From positions 1 to 64,000 of the IMG/VR virus record IMGVR_UViG_3300010885_053065: a stretch of DNA of 64,000 nt. One strand, given 5' to 3'. The stretch is from a virus. The position numbers and the translations under genes were made by a program. Shown one piece after another: positions 58,205 through 64,000 of this stretch (position 1 is its first letter; every line of letters starts with the position of its first letter). Below the pieces are notes generated by a model. The model did no database searches, was not told the origin of the DNA, and worked only from the letters and a program-made list of their open reading frames with translations.

Positions 58205-58987
58205 CTAATAATACATTTTTTTTCTAGACCTTGTTAGATTTTCGTGTGAAGTAATTAACCTTAGTTTAGCGTGTTTATCATGATATTTTTGCCAATCTTC
58301 TTTTATTTTTTTGTCTACAATTGTTCGTTTAGATTCCCCAATATGTTTAATTTCAACATCTTCTAATTTTAGATTATACTCTTGGCAAAAATTATGTAAA
58401 ATTTCAACAAAAGGAATTATATGATCTACATGCATACCAGCTATTGAATTAATTAAACTATCACTTAATTGCTGAGTCCTGAAACTAATTATTTGGTCTA
58501 ATATGGAGTATCTAAAAGCTTCTTTAATATCTTCTTTGTGTTGGAATGACTGGTCTAATCGCAAAGCTTTATTGAATGAAAAATCTTCCCAGTTTTTGTC
58601 AACCATTTTAACGTAAAAACAATTATATTTAGATCTTCCATCATTATCAATTTTTAATTCAATTTGTTCTGGAATTAATTCTTGTTTTCTTCGCAAAGCT
58701 AATGCTGCTATAAGTTTTATGTTATAAAGAGAAGATAAACTTTTATTTTTTAGAGAATTTTGACAAATTTCTTTTATTTTAGACTTGGTAATTTTTTCAC
58801 CATTAAAAAAAGTTCCATTGGTAGACACATTTAATTGTGGAACTTCTGATTTATTAATAATATAGATTTGTTGATTCTTCTTAATCATTGTATTTACAAA
58901 TATTATTTCTATTCTAACTATTATGATACAATTATCAATCCTGCATTTAGACGCAAAAACAAGAGAAGACCTAACATGGAACGACAA
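58205..58987 (-). CDS. DCL/DUF3223-like protein with HNH-like C-terminus
   Basis: CFYV…EDFSF…KEAFR, HVDHIIPF…HENL. True start is probably 58888. Confidence 0.55.
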   Translation of the reverse strand: MSFHVRSSLVFASKCRIDNCIIIVRIEIIFVNTMIKKNQQIYIINKSEVPQLNVSTNGTFFNGEKITKSKIKEICQNSLKNKSLSSLYNIKLIAALALRRKQELIPEQIELKIDNDGRSKYNCFYVKMVDKNWEDFSFNKALRLDQSFQHKEDIKEAFRYSILDQIISFRTQQLSDSLINSIAGMHVDHIIPFVEILHNFCQEYNLKLEDVEIKHIGESKRTIVDKKIKEDWQKYHDKHAKLRLITSHENLTRSRKKMYY

Positions 58988-59612
58988 TATTAAGCGTTAT
59001 GTGTACACAGGTTCTAATAAAACTGTCTCTAGCAGAGAGATGTACAAACTTATCAAAAGAGAGCAGGTTGGGATTAAGTCTGATCTAGACTCTTTAGTAA
59101 CTGCTTTACTTAGTAATCAAATAAGCCTAGAACAGTGGCAAAAAGATTCAGCTTTGATAATTAAAGACTCTCATGTAAACGCTGCTAGGCTTGGTAGAGG
59201 CGGTAAAGAGAACACATATGGCATTCACTATCTAGAGGTAGCTAACGAGCTTAGAAAGAATCAATATCCGGCTTTTAGAAAATTAGCAGAACAAATGACC
59301 AAAGGAGAACTTAGTGAAGCTCAAATAAGAGCTAGAGTAGCTTCTTATGCTGACTCTAGTAAAATATCTTACGAGAAAGCATCTCTTACTCAAGCAAGAG
59401 ACAAAGGAGAAGTTTGGGCACGTAGGCGACTAGGTACTTGTGCTCCCCATTGTGATCAGTGTATTGAATACGCTTCTAGAGGTTGGGTAAGGTTGCAAGA
59501 AGTTGTCCCCCCTGGTGTTGATTGTGCCTGTAGGGGTAACTGCTGCTGTAGTGTAGAGACTAGTAGGTTTAGAAAAAGAGAAAGTACTAGCCTCTACGAA
59601 AAAAGCAACTAG
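58923..59612 (+). CDS. Head morphogenesis (minor capsid) protein
   Basis: RRRLG…HCDQC…PPG..CACRGNCCC. Confidence 0.7.
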   Translation: MIQLSILHLDAKTREDLTWNDNIKRYVYTGSNKTVSSREMYKLIKREQVGIKSDLDSLVTALLSNQISLEQWQKDSALIIKDSHVNAARLGRGGKENTYGIHYLEVANELRKNQYPAFRKLAEQMTKGELSEAQIRARVASYADSSKISYEKASLTQARDKGEVWARRRLGTCAPHCDQCIEYASRGWVRLQEVVPPGVDCACRGNCCCSVETSRFRKRESTSLYEKSN

Positions 59613-59794
59613 ACCACCTTCTCTCGTTCCTCAACCTCGTTCTCTTTAGCTTGCCTGAGACCTTTAACAAAGGCTCTTAGTACTGCAGTAGGGTATATCC
59701 CTAAACTATCTGAGTAGTTTTTAAGCCACGTCATATCAGACTGTTCAAGCTCTAAATGCAAGCTAACTCTATTTTCTATTCTTTTCTTAGGCAT
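59609..59794 (-). CDS. RHH-like regulator
   Basis: 61 aa with a beta-alpha-alpha pattern. Confidence 0.5.
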   Translation of the reverse strand: MPKKRIENRVSLHLELEQSDMTWLKNYSDSLGIYPTAVLRAFVKGLRQAKENEVEEREKVV

Positions 59795-59896
59795 TTCTTT
59801 TGATTAAAATAAGTTCCTATTCTATTTTAATCTATGTATCCGTATCCTCTGTAGTAAGTTTGCTCAAAACACTTTTTATTTTCTTGTTATAAACAC

Positions 59897-59925
59897 TTGA
59901 CACACACCCAAATAATTGTTATATT
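59897..59925 (+). promoter_or_regulatory. Sigma70-type promoter
   Basis: TTGACA-17-TATATT. Confidence 0.8.
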
Positions 59926-59979
59926 ATATATATGGTTAAGAAGTTAACCAAGCACCTAGACAAGTAAATAAGGAGGGAA

Positions 59980-60324
59980 ATGCAAGGAAGTCAAGGTTTC
60001 TTTTGTTATTCCAATAAGAAGAAAAAAGTCTTCAAAGGAATAATGAAACAAAAAAGACCGATTGAGTGGATACGAGTTCTAGATTGTCGACCAGAATGCG
60101 GTCTAACACTGGTAACGACACCTTGGGATTTAGGGATCTACTTTCTAGACACACAGTTGTTTAGTTATCCCAGAACCCACTATCAAAAAGAAGTCCTCAA
60201 AAACTTCTGGAGTTTAGAAGGCTCTCAAGTTTCTGAGGAGGATAGACTCTTCCTGCTCTCTTTATATGAAGAACGCCTACCAGCGATTCTAAAATATCGA
60301 GAGTTCTTTAAAATTCCCTTCTAA
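59980..60324 (+). CDS. Hypothetical cassette protein
   Basis: AGGAGG RBS, terminator at ~60336-60364. Confidence 0.65.
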   Translation: MQGSQGFFCYSNKKKKVFKGIMKQKRPIEWIRVLDCRPECGLTLVTTPWDLGIYFLDTQLFSYPRTHYQKEVLKNFWSLEGSQVSEEDRLFLLSLYEERLPAILKYREFFKIPF

Positions 60325-60397
60325 CGCTTAATTAAGAGAGTCTAGTTATCTAGACTCTCTTTTTGTTACAATATCCCAAATAGCTAGAGGTGTTTAC

Positions 60398-60727
60398 ATG
60401 AAATATAACGAATTAGCTCCGTCAAGATTAAGAACCTATCCCTTTGTCTTTATCTCAAATTGGACTAACGTTGCTACTAGAGAGGTAGCTGAAATCCTTT
60501 GGACAGAGGAAAGGTTAAAGCCTTTTTTAAACTCAATATTTGAGCTATCTTCTCAACTAGATTTTGAGGAGCATCAAGACTGGAAGTTGTCAGTCAAAAG
60601 AATAGAAGCTTACTTACAAACTAACCTACCTGACTATATTGATCTAAAAGGAGAGATAGGTTACAGAGAACTAGCAATATGTTTTACCAAGGATAACCTT
60701 AAATGTTTCCTTGGTATTGGTGCATAG
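60398..60727 (+). CDS. Hypothetical protein
   Basis: GAGG RBS, 109 aa. Confidence 0.55.
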   Translation: MKYNELAPSRLRTYPFVFISNWTNVATREVAEILWTEERLKPFLNSIFELSSQLDFEEHQDWKLSVKRIEAYLQTNLPDYIDLKGEIGYRELAICFTKDNLKCFLGIGA

Positions 60728-60745
60728 ACTATAGCTAGTCTTTAC

Positions 60746-60937
60746 CTACTTTCTGCACCGACTTTGCAGGTATAGGGCTATAATCAGAGTTACTACTAAT
60801 ACGTTACTAGGTTCGGGAACAGCTACCGATACTATATGCGATTGCTGTTTAATCAATTCATTATCCTTAGCATTTTGAGAAAAGTTTAAACCGAACGCTA
60901 AGCTTAATCCAATCAAAGTTAATAGTATAGCTGACAT
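60746..60937 (-). CDS. Miniature PEP-CTERM protein
   Basis: Signal peptide, VPEPS, transmembrane helix and basic tail. Confidence 0.7.
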   Translation of the reverse strand: MSAILLTLIGLSLAFGLNFSQNAKDNELIKQQSHIVSVAVPEPSNVLVVTLIIALYLQSRCRK

Positions 60938-61665
60938 TATTTTTTAAGAGGTTGCAACCAAGCGTTGACATAAGACTGAGCACCTAAAACTCCATCAATA
61001 TCAAGACAAAACTCCTTCTGAAAGTCGGTAAGAACGTTAGCATCTATTTGGGTAAAAATAGACGTTCCTTCTGGATCTAGTCTTGACCATCCTCTTTCAA
61101 TCATTTGGTTTCTCCACTTGATAACTAGACTAGATTTCTTATTCTTTTCTACTGGTGTACCTATCCAAGGATAAATTTCACCATAGTAATCAACAGCAGG
61201 ATTAAATTTAGGTCTACCATATCCAGCTACTAAATGTTTGGCTCTTTTCTTTCTAGCAACTGTCCCACCATTAGACCAATTGCTATCAGAAGTGTTCCCT
61301 TCAATAGTTAATACAAAGTCATCTAGTACTTGTGTGACTATACCAACATGATCTGATACTCCGTCTCTTTGCCAATCAAAGAAAACAATATCTCCTATCT
61401 TTGGTGTACTTCTATAAAAAGCTCCTTGATTTTTATACCAATTAATCCCACTAGGACAATAAGCAAAGCCAATTTTACCTTTGTCTTGCATCTCGTCTGT
61501 AAAGCCACAGGCATAGAGACAATAAGAAACAAATTGAGCACACCAAGGAACCCCGTTAAAGCCGTACCATTTACCGAAAGGGTTCCTCTTACCTGCTTTT
61601 TCTCGATAGCCAACAAAGATATTAGCAAAATCAACGAAATTATTACTTAAGACCATATTGTGCAC
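60937..61665 (-). CDS. CHAP-domain endolysin with PG-binding domain
   Basis: PWCAQFVS, GDIVFFDW, HVGIV, TIEGNT, FQ…DGVLG. Confidence 0.9.
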   Translation of the reverse strand: MHNMVLSNNFVDFANIFVGYREKAGKRNPFGKWYGFNGVPWCAQFVSYCLYACGFTDEMQDKGKIGFAYCPSGINWYKNQGAFYRSTPKIGDIVFFDWQRDGVSDHVGIVTQVLDDFVLTIEGNTSDSNWSNGGTVARKKRAKHLVAGYGRPKFNPAVDYYGEIYPWIGTPVEKNKKSSLVIKWRNQMIERGWSRLDPEGTSIFTQIDANVLTDFQKEFCLDIDGVLGAQSYVNAWLQPLKK

Positions 61666-62476
61666 CTATTAAACTTAATTGTTCTAATCTCTTAATTAAT
61701 ACAACACAGCCCAACTGAGCATCTATAGCATCAGGATTATAGTGACCGTCTGAAGTGTACTTACCTCCATTATACAGTGACGTACCAGCCCAAAGATAAG
61801 GAGATAGTAAGCCTTTCATCTTATAGCCAAGTCCGTTGTACCCTTCTAGTCGTTTCAAAGCTGAGGGAATAGACCAATCAGTTACTTTATCTAATCCGTC
61901 ATACTGAATAGCGTCTATAGCTGATTCTGTCCAACTATAAGGCGGTTCTCCCTTAACTGGTCTACCTTTTGGCTCATTTTTAGTGCGTTTAGCTAAAGAA
62001 TCACCATTATGAAGGTGTGTCTTAAAGTCACAAGTGGCTTCTCTATAGTGGATACAGAATATTATATGTGATGGTACTTTGGTGGTATTACTAACAAGAT
62101 TATACTTAGAAATATTGTTAACGTATAAGTTTATTGCTGTATTGATTTGGTTTGTTTTATCTGTATCGACAATAGCTTTCTTGTATAGGTCTTGATATTT
62201 AGCTAATTCACTATCTAATCCCACAGGAAGTGCTTTAACTAATCTTTCTAGTACTTCTAGAGATCCTGCTCCGACTATATTCCAATTGGCTTGCATGTAA
62301 TCTTTCTTAAAGCTTCCCCATGCAGCAGCAGTTTTTATACCATATATGCCATCTACTGGTACGGTATAATACCCTAATAGTTTTAATTTAGTTTGTATTT
62401 CTTTTAACAATTCTTTATCTGCTTCAGCAAGAATTATTACAGAATTGTGTTCAATAACTTCCCTGATTGTGGTCAT
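61643..62476 (-). CDS. PG-binding plus lysozyme-like hydrolase
   Basis: VDGIYGIKT, IHYRE, LHNGD, EGYNGLGY, SPYLWAG. Confidence 0.85.
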   Translation of the reverse strand: MTTIREVIEHNSVIILAEADKELLKEIQTKLKLLGYYTVPVDGIYGIKTAAAWGSFKKDYMQANWNIVGAGSLEVLERLVKALPVGLDSELAKYQDLYKKAIVDTDKTNQINTAINLYVNNISKYNLVSNTTKVPSHIIFCIHYREATCDFKTHLHNGDSLAKRTKNEPKGRPVKGEPPYSWTESAIDAIQYDGLDKVTDWSIPSALKRLEGYNGLGYKMKGLLSPYLWAGTSLYNGGKYTSDGHYNPDAIDAQLGCVVLIKRLEQLSLIGAQYGLK

Positions 62477-62647
62477 ATTTTTAAATAGATAATAATGTTC
62501 TCTGTCTAAATTATATCTAATTGATTTTAAATATTAAAAAAAGACGACTAAAGAGCCGTCTTCAAATAAAAGCTGAAAGGATTTACATACTATAAACAAA
62601 ATAAAGCAATTTGGACAGTAGTAGAGTCTCCGCTAAGGTTAATCCAT

Positions 62648-63690
62648 CTATTTTAACCTATCCACTAAATCACTTTTTAAGAAACTCTTCTCTACAAAGG
62701 CAGGAATTTTACCGGATTTCTTGAGCCTAGTAAATATCTCAATTGCTTTTCTAGAGACTGGAGGTAAACTCTCTTTTTTATCCTCTTCTGGGAAAGGAAG
62801 ATATCTACTTAAATCAAGTTTGACTTTATCGCTAGAACCTCCAAAGCTAGAGAAGCCTAGTTCTAGAAGAATTGACTGCTTAGCAATAGCAATAGATTGG
62901 AAGTTCAATTCAGTCTGTTTCCTTTTAATCTGACCATTCCAAAGTTCTAGAATAAAGTGACAGGACTGAGAAAGAAACCAATCTAATTGTTGTGGAGTGC
63001 ATATTTTCCAGAAGACAAAATCTTGAAAGATTTCTCCCCAATTGATTTCAGACGTTAAGGACTTGGCACGGTTCCTGTAGATATCAATCCAATCTTTCCC
63101 TCACTTTCGGGATTAATAGTAATAAAGTCTTCTTCTTCTTGAGTTTTCCACCCAGTTGACTCACCTTCAAAATAAGCTAGAAACTGCTCAGATAGTGAAG
63201 CAGGAATCTCTAGAGTCCATTCAAGTTTCCAATCTTTTATTAATCTTTGTTGGATAACTGTTGTTACTTGCCTAGCAGCCAAAGAGGTTTCAGTTGATTC
63301 AGCTAAAGCTGCTGTAAAGAAGCTATTTAGTTTCTCTTGTAATTCATCAGGAAGTTTAACCCACTCAGCTTGATTTACAAAGGTCTTTTCGGCATTGGCT
63401 AGACTGCATTGTTTAGCTTCTCCAATAGCAGCAATAAGTTCTTTTCTTCGAGCATCGTTAAAGCGATCATTTCTAAAGCCTAGATTCTCTTTAACAGAAA
63501 GGTCGCCCATTTTAACGAGTTTAATAACTTTTTTACCTTCAAAATCTTCTAAAACATTATTTATTTTCTCAGCAATATTACCTCTCCCTTGACGAATTAG
63601 AAAGAGGAGACTTTGCGCTGTGACTTCTATATAATAAAATTCTTGCTTAGCTGCTTTCTCAATTAGAGAAGTAAAATCAAATCCAGACAT
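62648..63690 (-). CDS. Tail assembly chaperone pair (G: 63055-63690; GT via -1 frameshift to 62648)
   Basis: Slippery G-GGA-AAG at 63100-63094. The -1 frame is open from there into the 62648-62908 ORF. Confidence 0.8.
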
Positions 63691-63839
63691 ATTGTTAAAT
63701 ACTACAGGTTTACCTATCTATTTTAGCCTAAGCGTATTTGTGGTTTACCAAAAAACCTACTGTAGTATAATAGAAAAAGGAAGGTAGCCAAGATTTACAG
63801 TCTACTACCCTCCCCACTCATCCTATCTAGAAAATAAAG

Positions 63840-64000
63840 ATGAATAAATTAAACGTTAACACAGTAAACGAGACTCTTGTTGTAGATTCGAGATTAATTG
63901 CTTCTGAACTTGGAATAGGTCATGAGCCATTTATCAGAACAATTAGAAAATATTCAGACGAAGTAGAACAGTTTGGAATACTCCGTTTTGAAAACGGGAC
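63840..64000 (+). CDS. Rha-family regulator, truncated by the window edge
   Basis: LVVDSRLIASELGIGH…IRKY…FGILRFE. Confidence 0.8.
   Translation, partial: MNKLNVNTVNETLVVDSRLIASELGIGHEPFIRTIRKYSDEVEQFGILRFENG

Noticed and set aside
5343-63592. Numerous 60-107 aa antisense or nested ORFs in the track (e.g. 5343, 7413, 8419, 17803, 26860, 33254, 61369, 63395)
   Set aside because: They lie inside well-supported genes, mostly on the opposite strand, and show no motifs.

Overview
This AT-rich 64 kb window is best read as part of a temperate cyanobacterial tailed phage or prophage. It has a CI-like/RHH switch, a replication initiator, PolB, DnaN, class Ia RNR, ThyA, dTMP kinase, TerS/TerL, portal, baseplate/tail and lysis genes, a tyrosine integrase, and a tail chaperone with a GGGAAAG -1 frameshift. 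It carries two CRISPR systems and no cas1/cas2. (i) A compact TnpB-derived type V effector (C2c8/V-U2-like) with a clear anti-repeat (tracrRNA), leader and 5-repeat array. (ii) A type IV-B-like operon (cas11, csf2, csf3, cysH-like, csf1) that unusually has a Cas6 and a cryptic repeat-spacer-repeat mini-array. The mini-array repeats are related to the type V repeat and overlap the csf1 start. Both CRISPR cassettes, and several other accessory genes, are bracketed by direct repeats that duplicate the 5' end of the neighbouring gene. Other notable items are a ~0.4-0.5 kb non-coding element in three copies, an NblA-like fusion, a conserved structured leader before antirepressor-like genes, and repeated promoter-ORF-terminator cassettes. 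All family assignments come from motif recognition by eye, not database searches.
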